A stretch of DNA of 64,000 bases, from contig CAXRAL010000008.1 in the NCBI GenBank assembly GCA_964228815.1, positions 3,132 to 67,131 on the forward strand. The letters run 5' to 3'. Under the pieces are notes generated by a model, which saw nothing but the letters and a program-made list of their open reading frames with translations, made no database searches and was not told where the DNA came from. Every line of letters begins with the position of its first letter. Position 1 is the stretch's first letter. Positions 27,965 to 37,393 of this stretch are shown in pieces. This stretch comes from Candidatus Poseidoniaceae archaeon (GTDB taxonomy: Archaea; Thermoplasmatota; Poseidoniia; Poseidoniales; Poseidoniaceae). Both the position numbers and the translations under genes were made by a program.

Positions 27965-30900
27965 TGATTCAGTTCAACAACAGCCAGCGGCTTGGGTTGG
28001 ACTTGGACCGGCACATTGCGCTCGATGCAGGCGCAGGCACGGGGAAGACGACGGTGATGGCCGAGCGCTATGTTCAGCACTTGTTTGCAGCCGACCAACG
28101 AGCCACGCACGTGACTCCCATGGGGCCACGTACACCGCTGTCTGGACATGGTGCGCTTCGTGCACCCAAACGAGAACGGACGGCCCTGCAGGAATGGCCC
28201 GGCTTGCTCCCCTCAGAAGTGGTGGCCATCACCTTCACTCGTAAGTCAGCGGCTGAACTCAAAGCACGTATCCGTCATCGACTCGCTCAGGCTCGGGCAC
28301 GCCCCCCCTCACCCGAAGACCGCGACGGCGCGTTTGACCCGAGGTTGCGCAACGACGGCGACGTGGAAATGCTCCTCTCTGGGTTGGATGAAGCCCCCAT
28401 TTCCACCATCGATGCCTTCCTCAGCCAACTGGTGCAACCCTACGTTGACCTCGTTGCCCTCTACCCCTCCAACCAGCAAGTATCAGAGGAGCGAAAACCA
28501 CTGATGGTGCGAGACACGCTCCACGCTGTTTGGCGGATCCGTTCCGTTGACGATGCTCGAGAAGCGGGTGTACTGAATCATCATCAGGCCTTCTTGGACG
28601 CTCGCAACCGTCTCGTGAATCGACTGGGCGGGCAGGACCAAGCGGAGATTGTCCTCGGTGGATTGCTCGACCGTTCGTTGTTTGTTGAACAATCTCACCG
28701 GTCCATGATTCAGCGGGCAGAAGACATGGGCTTGGCCTGGAACGGCCGGGGACCTGCTCCCGTGGACGTGTTGCTCAACACCATCGCTGAGCCGGTGACC
28801 ACCCTGCTCCCCAATTTCATTGAGGAATTGCAGCGAAGATTGGGCGATTGGGTGCAAACTTTCCTGCCCTACCACGCCAATTGCATTGCGCCGGCCGAGG
28901 CCACGACGTCCCTGACCCGATTCAATCACCTCGTACGGGTCACGTCGCAACCGCTCCCAACCGAGGCCGGCGAGCAACTTTCGTGGGTTTGGAAGGCCTT
29001 GCTCGGCATCGCCACGGCCTCAGGTTTGGTCAAACCCTCATGCACGTTTTTCCCGAGGGACGCCCTTCCCAACGGCAACGGCTGGCCTTCTGGCATGACT
29101 TCAAAAACGGGGGCAACAGGGCTTTCAAAAGACGAAAAAAACGCCCTCTACGAGGCTGGAAAAACACACCTTTCTGGCTTGCGTTCGTTGCTAAATTCAG
29201 CCAACGGCACCCTCATCCGCTTGTTGGCTCGCTCTGCTTTTTTGCTCAACCCAATGGACGGCTTTGACGGGATGCCGCTCGACAGCCCTCTTCGATTGGA
29301 ACCCTTGGTCGACCCGCTGCCCAGCGAGGCGGGTGACCGAGGCACCTACGTCTCCGCCGAGCTTCAAGTACAGGTGCTCAGCGACCTTCAGGTGATTCAC
29401 ATGGCGTGCAATCAAATTCTCGCTCGAAGAAAATCCCTCGACAACATGCATGATTTTGACGACATGCAGCGCTTTGCTGCCGATTTGCTGCTGGCCCGGT
29501 GCCCCGACATCTGCCGGCATCGCTACCCGCCGGCGGTCATCGACGCATTGGACGGGCTTGGCGATGAGCCGTGGACCGACGCACACATCGCCCGCGCACT
29601 CACGCTACTCAACGATCGACCAACACTGCTGGAAGACCTTCAACGCCGCGTGGCCATTCTGGGCGAACTGCGCCGCCAGTATCGCGCTTTCATCATTGAC
29701 GAATACCAAGACACCAACCCCTCCCACTACCGTTTGCTTGCCCGACTGTGGGGCCGCCGGCGCCGTCATCCCGACGACCCTGCGGGTCCGTTGGGTGCGT
29801 GGGACCCCACCGTGTGCATTGTTGGTGATATGAAACAGAGCATCTACCGTTTCCGACAAGCCGAGGTCTCCGTGATGCGACGAGCGGTGGAAGCCATCCG
29901 TCAGTTCAACATTGATGAAGAGGGTGAGACTCGCCTTGGCCACCTTCGCGAGGCCGGCTGTGGCCGCGACCCCCGCCCCGTGGGTGGTGGAGGTGAAACC
30001 GGGTCGTTTTCCAACGAACACAGCGGCGAAGTTTCTGTCCCCCACACCTTTGTTCGCTTTGACGAGGAGGACCAGGCGGGTCAACCTTCCATCGTCGGTC
30101 ATCGCTTGTTGCGCCGTGCTGAAGGTCACGTTGATTTGACTTCCAATCACCGAACACGGCACGATTTGATGGAGACCATGAACGACATGTTCGACGAGGT
30201 CTTCGATTCTCGGTACCACGACCTTCCCGGTGATTGGCATGCGGAGGCGCAACGGCTTCGCCCGGCCCGCGCCACCGAGCACCCCGGCGTGTTGGAATGG
30301 CTCCTCCCGGTACCGGGCACCATCACCGAAGTTCCCCTTGACTTGGACGTGGCCGTCAACACCTTCGCCGACCCGAACGCCTCGCAAGTTCACCTCGAAC
30401 ACGAATTGCTCGCCGACCGTCTTCACGCCTTGCTCAACGAGTCATCCACGAGGGTATGGGACAGTGAAGCCGCTTCGTGGACCACGGTCACCGAAGCAGG
30501 CCCACCGGTTCGACCACAGGACATCATGATCCTCATCAACTCACGAAAACACCTGCCAGATTTGGTCGATCGCCTTCGGGCACGAAACATCCCAGTCATG
30601 GCCGACCGACAGGGCTTGCTGTCCATGCAACCGGTGGTTCAACCGCTGATGGCGATGCTGGCACTGATGGCCCGTCCGACCATGCGTAAAGCGGGCGTTG
30701 AACTCGGTCGTTCTGCCGTTGTCGGTCTCTCTGAACGGCAGTTGCACGAGGCCATGGTCTCGCTCGAGGAAGGTGCTGAAGTGTTGCCCCATTTGATCGA
30801 ACATGCACCGTCCGAAGCCGTTCGGTCGCTCTTGGCTCACCTTCACCAACTCATGAGCTGGGGCGCTTTGTACGACGTGTTTGACGCCGTGCTCGACCAC

Positions 30901-32898
30901 TCCGATTTGCTCGTGGCCTATCCAGATGACGCCCAACGTCAATTTGCCGAGGCCTGGGTGGCCATTGTCCAATCCATCGGCAACGACACGGGTCACGATG
31001 CAGCCGCCATGTACCGCCGCATGGTCGAGGTTCGTGCTTTGGGGCGTCAAGGGCCCCAAGCCATTACGCAACCCGATTCAACAGCCGTTCAGATCATGAC
31101 GATTCACGGCTCCAAAGGGCTGCAAGCGCCGGTGGTCGTGGTTTCGGGGTTGTTTGCAGCCGGCAAGGCCGACGCCAGCATGTCCGTCCAGGACAACATC
31201 CTCGTCACCCCGCAGGTGTTGGCCGGTCGCATTCAACCCTGGCGAGCCAAAGACCGCCCAGAGGACGGCCTGTGGGCTTTCGCGGCAGAGATGAACAAGG
31301 CGCAGGACAAGGCAGAGCTTCGTCGGAAATTCTACGTAGCGTTGACCCGAGTGAAAGACCGACTCATCATCACGGGCAGCCCGGGCAACCGTTCGACCTT
31401 TGATGAAGAGAGTGGAACGCTGTCGGTTCGGTTTGCTCCCGACCCACGAACGATGGGTCGCATGTTCATCGAGGGGCTACGAAGAGCTACCTGGTGCGCT
31501 GGTGGCGACGCTCCTTGGGTGTCAGCGGCTGAACTTGAGGCACCTGTATTGCCTCCTTTTTCCTCGCATCAGCACCAAACCGCGCTCAACCCGCGTGCGT
31601 TGTTGAACGATTCGCAGCTTGGCGAGCACGGCTTGAGCGGTTTGAGATTGTACCACCATCCGTTGTGCTTCGACCCCGTGGACACGACCTCACCTCAACA
31701 ACGTGCACGGGCGCTGGCCACGCATCTTGAGACCATGGAAGCGACCGGCCTCTCCACGGCGCCCCCGCTTCGTCTTCAAGAGAACATCAAGGGTGCTGCT
31801 CATCACCTCGACGCCACCTTTGCTTGCCCACGGCGGTACTGGTTGGAACACGTACGGGGATGGTCGACCGAACCCTTCCATCTCCCACAGGCTTCGACAG
31901 CAACACCTCCACAGCGGGCATGGCCCGAGCCGACCACGTTCGGTTTGATGATGCACCGGGTGCTGGAAATCGGGCTGCGAAATCCTCGTGCGAAGTCGGA
32001 GCAGACGCCGCCGTTGGACGCCTCATGGCTGCACGAAGCCGACGACGATCTGGCCTCTGGAGAGACCTTGGGGCGCGTCATGAACGAATTCGGATTTGGG
32101 GCTGAACAAACCGGGTCCTCGCCTGAGGCCTCGTGGCGTGAGCGATTGATGCATCTGAGTTCGCTCATCGACCGTGGCCTGCTCGGCCAGTGGGTGCAAG
32201 GAGCGACCTTGCACGGGTGGACGGTTGAAGCGGTGAGAACCGAACTTCCGTTCTTCCATCGGGAGCGCCTCCAACGGGCGACCTCGGCGGGTGAATCGGT
32301 GGAAAGCGAGCCGCATGGTCCATCGGTGGTTGAGCACGTCAACATGGATTTCAGTGGTCGCGCTGATTTGGTGTTGGCGCTGGTCGACGAGCACGGGCAA
32401 GGGGCGCTGAAGGTGGTGGACCTCAAAACGCGAGGTTGTTTGGGGGCCTTCAACGTCGAAGACCCTTCCAAAGGTCACCCGCTCCAACAGGTGGGTCCCG
32501 AGGAAACCAATCCCGTCCCACAAAGCGATGATGAAGCGGCCATCTTACACGAACACCGTTTGCAGCTTACGCTGTATTCGATGGCCTTGGAGGCCATTGA
32601 AGCACGAAAACCTGCATCCGAACGCCGCCACATCCTGCCACCAGCACTGCTGTTGGGCGCCAACGGCCGCATCGTGGAACTGTCGGAGGGCGCCTTTGAA
32701 CAAGCCAAAGCGGACTTGTTGGCGCATTTGGACTGGCGAGCTTCGGTCCATCTTGACACTCATCACGGCGAACCCGGGCGCCTCCCCTCCGGGTCGCTCA
32801 CCTGCCAGCAATGTGCGTTTTATCGGGGCGATTTGCGCCGTTGCGCTCCTGAAGGTGAACCCTTGGGTTTCGTCAGTCGCCTCAACGATGAGCCGTGA
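27964..32898 (+). CDS. addA: AddA/RecB-like UvrD-family helicase-nuclease (1644 aa)
   Basis: Walker A AGAGTGKT, motif II FIIDEYQDTNP, TIHGSKGLQAP and FYVALTRVKDRLII. The C-terminal nuclease carries ACPRRYW, GRADLVLAL, VVDLKT, QLTLYSMAL and CQQCAFYRGDLRRC. Confidence 0.85.
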   Translation: MIQFNNSQRLGLDLDRHIALDAGAGTGKTTVMAERYVQHLFAADQRATHVTPMGPRTPLSGHGALRAPKRERTALQEWPGLLPSEVVAITFTRKSAAELKARIRHRLAQARARPPSPEDRDGAFDPRLRNDGDVEMLLSGLDEAPISTIDAFLSQLVQPYVDLVALYPSNQQVSEERKPLMVRDTLHAVWRIRSVDDAREAGVLNHHQAFLDARNRLVNRLGGQDQAEIVLGGLLDRSLFVEQSHRSMIQRAEDMGLAWNGRGPAPVDVLLNTIAEPVTTLLPNFIEELQRRLGDWVQTFLPYHANCIAPAEATTSLTRFNHLVRVTSQPLPTEAGEQLSWVWKALLGIATASGLVKPSCTFFPRDALPNGNGWPSGMTSKTGATGLSKDEKNALYEAGKTHLSGLRSLLNSANGTLIRLLARSAFLLNPMDGFDGMPLDSPLRLEPLVDPLPSEAGDRGTYVSAELQVQVLSDLQVIHMACNQILARRKSLDNMHDFDDMQRFAADLLLARCPDICRHRYPPAVIDALDGLGDEPWTDAHIARALTLLNDRPTLLEDLQRRVAILGELRRQYRAFIIDEYQDTNPSHYRLLARLWGRRRRHPDDPAGPLGAWDPTVCIVGDMKQSIYRFRQAEVSVMRRAVEAIRQFNIDEEGETRLGHLREAGCGRDPRPVGGGGETGSFSNEHSGEVSVPHTFVRFDEEDQAGQPSIVGHRLLRRAEGHVDLTSNHRTRHDLMETMNDMFDEVFDSRYHDLPGDWHAEAQRLRPARATEHPGVLEWLLPVPGTITEVPLDLDVAVNTFADPNASQVHLEHELLADRLHALLNESSTRVWDSEAASWTTVTEAGPPVRPQDIMILINSRKHLPDLVDRLRARNIPVMADRQGLLSMQPVVQPLMAMLALMARPTMRKAGVELGRSAVVGLSERQLHEAMVSLEEGAEVLPHLIEHAPSEAVRSLLAHLHQLMSWGALYDVFDAVLDHSDLLVAYPDDAQRQFAEAWVAIVQSIGNDTGHDAAAMYRRMVEVRALGRQGPQAITQPDSTAVQIMTIHGSKGLQAPVVVVSGLFAAGKADASMSVQDNILVTPQVLAGRIQPWRAKDRPEDGLWAFAAEMNKAQDKAELRRKFYVALTRVKDRLIITGSPGNRSTFDEESGTLSVRFAPDPRTMGRMFIEGLRRATWCAGGDAPWVSAAELEAPVLPPFSSHQHQTALNPRALLNDSQLGEHGLSGLRLYHHPLCFDPVDTTSPQQRARALATHLETMEATGLSTAPPLRLQENIKGAAHHLDATFACPRRYWLEHVRGWSTEPFHLPQASTATPPQRAWPEPTTFGLMMHRVLEIGLRNPRAKSEQTPPLDASWLHEADDDLASGETLGRVMNEFGFGAEQTGSSPEASWRERLMHLSSLIDRGLLGQWVQGATLHGWTVEAVRTELPFFHRERLQRATSAGESVESEPHGPSVVEHVNMDFSGRADLVLALVDEHGQGALKVVDLKTRGCLGAFNVEDPSKGHPLQQVGPEETNPVPQSDDEAAILHEHRLQLTLYSMALEAIEARKPASERRHILPPALLLGANGRIVELSEGAFEQAKADLLAHLDWRASVHLDTHHGEPGRLPSGSLTCQQCAFYRGDLRRCAPEGEPLGFVSRLNDEP

Positions 32899-33568
32899 GG
32901 ACCAGCGTCCCGGCCCAACCTTCCTTGGCGCCTACTTGTTCTGCCTTGATGTCGATAAAACCGGCCGCTTCCAACCCGTCAGTCCACTCGGCGATGCTCA
33001 AGAGCGCCATGTGGACGTTCAACGACGGCCCCCAGTCGTGGCTCGACGGGTTTTCCGTGTAGTGGTCGACCCCGATAACAAGTCGGCCGCCGGGGTTCAT
33101 CCACTCGTCGTGCATGGTATGGAGAAAGCCAAGCGGATCCTCGAGATAGTACAAGCACTCCATCGTGTGCACCAAATCCACGGGCTCGTCCGGCTTCCAG
33201 GCCGGGAGCATGGCTTCCACGTAGTCGCCCTCCGGGTCAACGGCCTGTGCTTTGGCGATCATCGACGGTGCGCCGTCCACGCCGCTGGCGTGCTGGCACA
33301 GGTCGTGTGCGGCAAGCCGACGGACGACCCAACCGTTTCCGCATCCGATGTCCATCGCCGTGAACGGACGGTTCCACCCGTTGAGGAGACGGTCAAGCAT
33401 CACGTCCACGCTGGCGCTGTGGCCGCGTTCCATGCCTTCATCCCGACCGACGTCGGCCCATTCGCTGAACAAATCCGTCGCCGGTCGCAGGCTCATGCAA
33501 GGTGGCCACCCGCGGCGTCTCATGAAGGTGTTCATGGCGAAAGGAAGATGCACGGCGTTGCTTTCCAA
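32882..33568 (-). CDS. Class I SAM-dependent methyltransferase
   Basis: Motif I AMDIGCGNGWVVRRL with a downstream acidic loop; about 220 aa. An alternative start is ATG 33535. The 3' end overlaps addA-like by 17 nt (convergent). Confidence 0.75.
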   Translation of the reverse strand: MESNAVHLPFAMNTFMRRRGWPPCMSLRPATDLFSEWADVGRDEGMERGHSASVDVMLDRLLNGWNRPFTAMDIGCGNGWVVRRLAAHDLCQHASGVDGAPSMIAKAQAVDPEGDYVEAMLPAWKPDEPVDLVHTMECLYYLEDPLGFLHTMHDEWMNPGGRLVIGVDHYTENPSSHDWGPSLNVHMALLSIAEWTDGLEAAGFIDIKAEQVGAKEGWAGTLVLTAHR

Positions 33569-33573
33569 GGTCC

Positions 33574-34536
33574 ATGCTTGACACCACCACGACGCTGGCC
33601 GATGTTCTCTACCCGCCCATCGAAGCGCACACCACCGGCATGCTGACCGTCTCGGACATGCACACCATCGCCTGGGAGCAAAGCGGAAATCCCGATGGCA
33701 TTCCTGTCGTGGTTATTCACGGTGGTCCCGGCGGTGGAGGTCAGCCTTCCTACCGGCAGTACTTCGACCCGGAGGCGTTCAACATCGTGCAGTTTGATCA
33801 GCGAGGCTGTGGCCAATCCACGCCGTATGCTGAATTGGAGGATAACAACACGCACGCATCAGTGAGTGATTTGGAAACCCTCCGCGAACACTTGGGCATT
33901 GAAACGTGGCACGTGTTCGGTGGCTCATGGGGCTCCACCCTGTCCCTCATCTATGCGCAGCATCATCCTCAGCGGGTCCGAAGTTTGGTCCTCCGGGGCA
34001 TCTTCATGTGTCGGAAATCCGAATTACACTGGTTCTATCAGGACGGTGCCAGCCACCTCTTCCCCGACGCCTTTGCGCCATACCGCGACCACATCCCCGC
34101 GGCGGAGCAAGCCGACTTGATTCGCGCCTACTATGCCCGACTGACCAGCGATGACATCGAGGTTCGTCGTGCAGCCGCCAAGGAGTGGACGCGCTGGGAG
34201 ATGGCCACCAGTCGACTGTTTCCCGACCCGGAATACCTCGACAAGGCCGAAGACCTCGATTTCGCCGTGGCGTTTGCCCGTATCGAGTGCCACTACTTCA
34301 TCAACGCTATTTTCGTTGAAGAGGCCTACATTCTCAACCACGTCGATGCCATTCAACACATCCCGACGGTCATCGTGCAGGGCCGATACGACGTGGTCTG
34401 CCCGCCGCGGAGTGCTTGGGAACTTCACCAAGCGATGCCGCAGAGCCGACTGGTGATGGTGCCGGATGCCGGCCACTCGATGGGCGAAGTCAGCATCGCC
34501 CGTGAATTGGTGGCGGCGACCGATGCGCTTCGCTGA
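33574..34536 (+). CDS. pip: Proline iminopeptidase (prolyl aminopeptidase)
   Basis: GNPDGIPVVVIHGGPGGG, QRGCGQS, GGSWGSTL nucleophile elbow and C-terminal DAGHS. Confidence 0.9.
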   Translation: MLDTTTTLADVLYPPIEAHTTGMLTVSDMHTIAWEQSGNPDGIPVVVIHGGPGGGGQPSYRQYFDPEAFNIVQFDQRGCGQSTPYAELEDNNTHASVSDLETLREHLGIETWHVFGGSWGSTLSLIYAQHHPQRVRSLVLRGIFMCRKSELHWFYQDGASHLFPDAFAPYRDHIPAAEQADLIRAYYARLTSDDIEVRRAAAKEWTRWEMATSRLFPDPEYLDKAEDLDFAVAFARIECHYFINAIFVEEAYILNHVDAIQHIPTVIVQGRYDVVCPPRSAWELHQAMPQSRLVMVPDAGHSMGEVSIARELVAATDALR

Positions 34537-34641
34537 GGAAAACATCGGCCAAGGTGTGCGAAATCGGTGCTCTTTCGAGCGTCGGCTTGATAGGGAGGAG
34601 TGAACTCGGTGAAGGTGGAGGCTTGTCCTCCGGGTGAAGAC

Positions 34642-35418
34642 ATGACGGACGGAACCATCACGCCTGAGGTCCAAATCAAGCAACTCGAGGAAGCTTTGGC
34701 CACCGAAACGGACCGCTTGCAGAAACTCTTCGCCGCTTACGAGACGCAAGAGAAAGAGCTCGTTGACGCCAAGGCCGAAATCGAGGTGCTCGAGAAGGAG
34801 ATCATCGACCGTGAAATCGAGAAGGAATCGCTCGAATCCATCATCGCCGAGAAGGATGTGCGTGTTCGTGAACTTGAGATGAAAGCCACGAAGAATTCCA
34901 AGCGAGTCGAACACCTCGAGCCTGAACTTGAGAAGATGGAAGAGAAGTATTCCCGAGAAAAGGACCGTCTGGGCAAGGTCTTCGGCATCGCTGAAGAACT
35001 GGACAACGACCTCCGACTGGCGGTCACCGAAATGAAGGCCCGCGACGACTGGTACGTGGACCACATGCAGATTTTCGAAGACCTGAACAAGGCCATCAAG
35101 GAACGCTACGAGATGATCGAGCGAGCCGTTGAATCCGAGCGAAAGTCGCAGCACATGTCCCGTGCGTTCACCGAACGTGTGGAAGAGATGGTCCAAGCCC
35201 GTTCCGAAGAAATGGCAGAAGAAGAAGCCGCCTCGGCCGAGGCTGAAGAAGCCACGGCGGCCGTTGAGGTCGTTGAAGAGGCGCCCGCTGAAGCGGCACC
35301 TGTCGAAATCGAGTCCGAAGAACCTGCTCAGGAAGAGGAGGCCCCTGCCGAAGAGGCAGCCGAAGAAGAGGCGCCTGCTTCCTGGGGTGACAGTCAAGAC
35401 CCCTGGGCTTCGGAGTAG
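34642..35418 (+). CDS. Coiled-coil protein with an Ala/Glu-rich acidic tail
   Basis: Heptad-like E/K/L-rich sequence over about 190 aa, then AEEEAASAEAEEATAAVEVVEEAPAEAAPVEIESEEP...WGDSQDPWASE. The ORF is open from GTG 34600. Confidence 0.55.
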   Translation: MTDGTITPEVQIKQLEEALATETDRLQKLFAAYETQEKELVDAKAEIEVLEKEIIDREIEKESLESIIAEKDVRVRELEMKATKNSKRVEHLEPELEKMEEKYSREKDRLGKVFGIAEELDNDLRLAVTEMKARDDWYVDHMQIFEDLNKAIKERYEMIERAVESERKSQHMSRAFTERVEEMVQARSEEMAEEEAASAEAEEATAAVEVVEEAPAEAAPVEIESEEPAQEEEAPAEEAAEEEAPASWGDSQDPWASE

Positions 35419-35426
35419 GTGATTGA

Positions 35427-36287
35427 ATGGCCGGGTTGGCCCCCGGTGGGCACAGCCCCGTCCTCACGCTTTCGATGATGGGCGTCAGCGCCCTCGTCAT
35501 TGGCTCCATCATCAACCCGCTCGCTGGTTTGGTGCCGCTGTTTGGCATGGGCTGTCTCATGGCAGCCGTCTTCATGGGCTACTTTTGGCGAGACCCCGAC
35601 CGACCGATTCCTCGTACACCCGGTGTCTTGGTCGCTCCTGCTGATGGTCATGTCATGTTTTTGCGAAGAGAACGCGCAACCGGGCGCCGGCCCAGCAAGG
35701 AGGAGATGGACAGCGGCCGGTGCCAGTCCGACCCGTTGACGGGCGATTGGTACCCTGAACCGCTGGACGACCCGCTCAGTTTGGCCACCGAACAGCGATT
35801 CGAGCCCGTTCCTTCAGGCGAAGAAGCGCCCACCGATGTGTGGCGGATGGCGGTGTTCATGTCGCCCCTCGACGTCCACGTCAATCGTGCTCCTGGTGCT
35901 GGGCGTATTGAGCGCATTGAACATCGAACGGGCAAAGGATTGCGTCGCGGTCCCTTCCGACCCGCTTACACCAAGGAGAGCGAACACAACGAGCGGGTTC
36001 GCTCCGTTCACCGATTGGACAACGGCCACCGCATTGAGATCACGCAAATCTCAGGGGCGCTCGCCCGAACCGTGGTGCCCTACCTCTACGACGAGGACAC
36101 AATCCGCCGTGGTCAACGCATCGGCATGATTCGGTTGGGTTCGAGAGTGGACCTTCGCGTCCCAGCCGAGGCATACATTTCTTCAATCATTACGGCGGAG
36201 GACAAGCATAAGGAGCACCCCAAAGGCATGCACGTGATGGCAGGCAGGACCGTGGTCTTTGAATCAAAACAGGAGGAAGAAGAATGA
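35427..36287 (+). CDS. psd: Archaeal-type phosphatidylserine (archaetidylserine) decarboxylase proenzyme
   Basis: N-terminal TM segments, FMSPLDVHVNRAPGAGRI, and the self-cleavage-type motif IRLGSRVDL. Confidence 0.85.
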   Translation: MAGLAPGGHSPVLTLSMMGVSALVIGSIINPLAGLVPLFGMGCLMAAVFMGYFWRDPDRPIPRTPGVLVAPADGHVMFLRRERATGRRPSKEEMDSGRCQSDPLTGDWYPEPLDDPLSLATEQRFEPVPSGEEAPTDVWRMAVFMSPLDVHVNRAPGAGRIERIEHRTGKGLRRGPFRPAYTKESEHNERVRSVHRLDNGHRIEITQISGALARTVVPYLYDEDTIRRGQRIGMIRLGSRVDLRVPAEAYISSIITAEDKHKEHPKGMHVMAGRTVVFESKQEEEE

Positions 36288-37357
36288 GCGGTTGGCGAAG
36301 AACGGTGCCTGCAGTGTTGTTGTTTCTGATCGTGAGCATGCCCGTGGTTTACTACCAGGCCGGCAACCTCGTCTACACGCAGGCTGCTGCAAGTAACCTC
36401 GAGTGTTCCGGTCATTCGGAACGCAACACGCCGGGCGAATTCAGCGTGGAACTCTGGCACGAAGACGTGAGCGTCGTCACTCACCAGAAGAACGAGACGT
36501 TGGCGGCCAACCTTGAGCCGCTGTTCTTTGACTCATGGGACAACTTCACGGTGGAGATGCCGGAAGAATCCATCTCACTGGTCGGCTGGGTGATGGAACA
36601 TGACGCCTCCCAACCTTGGGTCATCCTCGTTCACGGCATCCGCTCCTGCAAAGCCAACCACGAGGTGTTGATTCCAGCCGCTTGGCTGTATCAAGCCGGG
36701 TTCAACGTTGTTCTCTTCGATATGCGTGACCACGGCGAAAGTACGGTTGAGGACGGTTTGGTGTCCGCCGGTCAGCGCGAGTACCGTGATATCTTGGCCG
36801 TGTGGCAGTGGATCCAAGACGAGAAGGACGTCCCGCCTGAGCGCATCGGCGCCCTCGGCATTTCCCTTGGCGCAGGGGCCCTTGCCATCGCTTTCGAGCA
36901 GGAACCGCAGTTCCAATCCGTGTTCCTCGAATCGTCGTTCTCCTCCATGGGCACCATCATTGAGGAAGAACTCCAGTTTGCTGGATTCCCCGTGTTCTTG
37001 ACGGACGCTGCCATCTTTGCTGGAAAGGTTTCTTCGGGCGACAACCTCGTGAAATACGAACCCATCAACGCCATGAAGGCCGTAGGCGATCGTGCGGTCT
37101 TCATCACCCAATCCCTCGAAGACATCCGCATCAACATCCACCACGGTGAGTCCATGTGCGAGGCGGCGCAAGCCAGCGTTTCGCAGGACGGCATGGCCGA
37201 ATGCTGGTTCGAATCCTCCGGCGTGGCTCACAACGACCGCGACCAGGAAGGCATCCTGTCTCACATCACCCTGATGCTGACGCAACCCGATGAATACCGA
37301 GACCGAATGGTGTCGTTCTTTGAGCAAAGCATCGGTCAGCCGGATGCGGTGGTTTGA
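36284..37357 (+). CDS. Membrane-anchored alpha/beta hydrolase
   Basis: ATGA overlap with psd, with AGGAGG upstream. N-terminal TM, HG oxyanion region ILVHGIRS, nucleophile elbow GISLGAG. Confidence 0.7.
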   Translation: MSGWRRTVPAVLLFLIVSMPVVYYQAGNLVYTQAAASNLECSGHSERNTPGEFSVELWHEDVSVVTHQKNETLAANLEPLFFDSWDNFTVEMPEESISLVGWVMEHDASQPWVILVHGIRSCKANHEVLIPAAWLYQAGFNVVLFDMRDHGESTVEDGLVSAGQREYRDILAVWQWIQDEKDVPPERIGALGISLGAGALAIAFEQEPQFQSVFLESSFSSMGTIIEEELQFAGFPVFLTDAAIFAGKVSSGDNLVKYEPINAMKAVGDRAVFITQSLEDIRINIHHGESMCEAAQASVSQDGMAECWFESSGVAHNDRDQEGILSHITLMLTQPDEYRDRMVSFFEQSIGQPDAVV

Positions 37358-37393
37358 AACGAGGGACGCTGAGGGCCTTCCGAGGTGGACAGC

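Noticed and set aside
32528-33646. 372-aa + strand ORF spanning the addA-like end, the methyltransferase and the pip start
   Set aside because: It crosses three better-supported genes in other frames or strands and has no motif.
34024-35397. 457-aa minus-strand ORF antisense to pip and the coiled-coil gene
   Set aside because: It is a low-complexity F/L/G/R-rich translation, the mirror of GAA/GAG-rich sense codons. It also spans the pip/coiled-coil intergenic gap. This is a typical high-GC shadow ORF.
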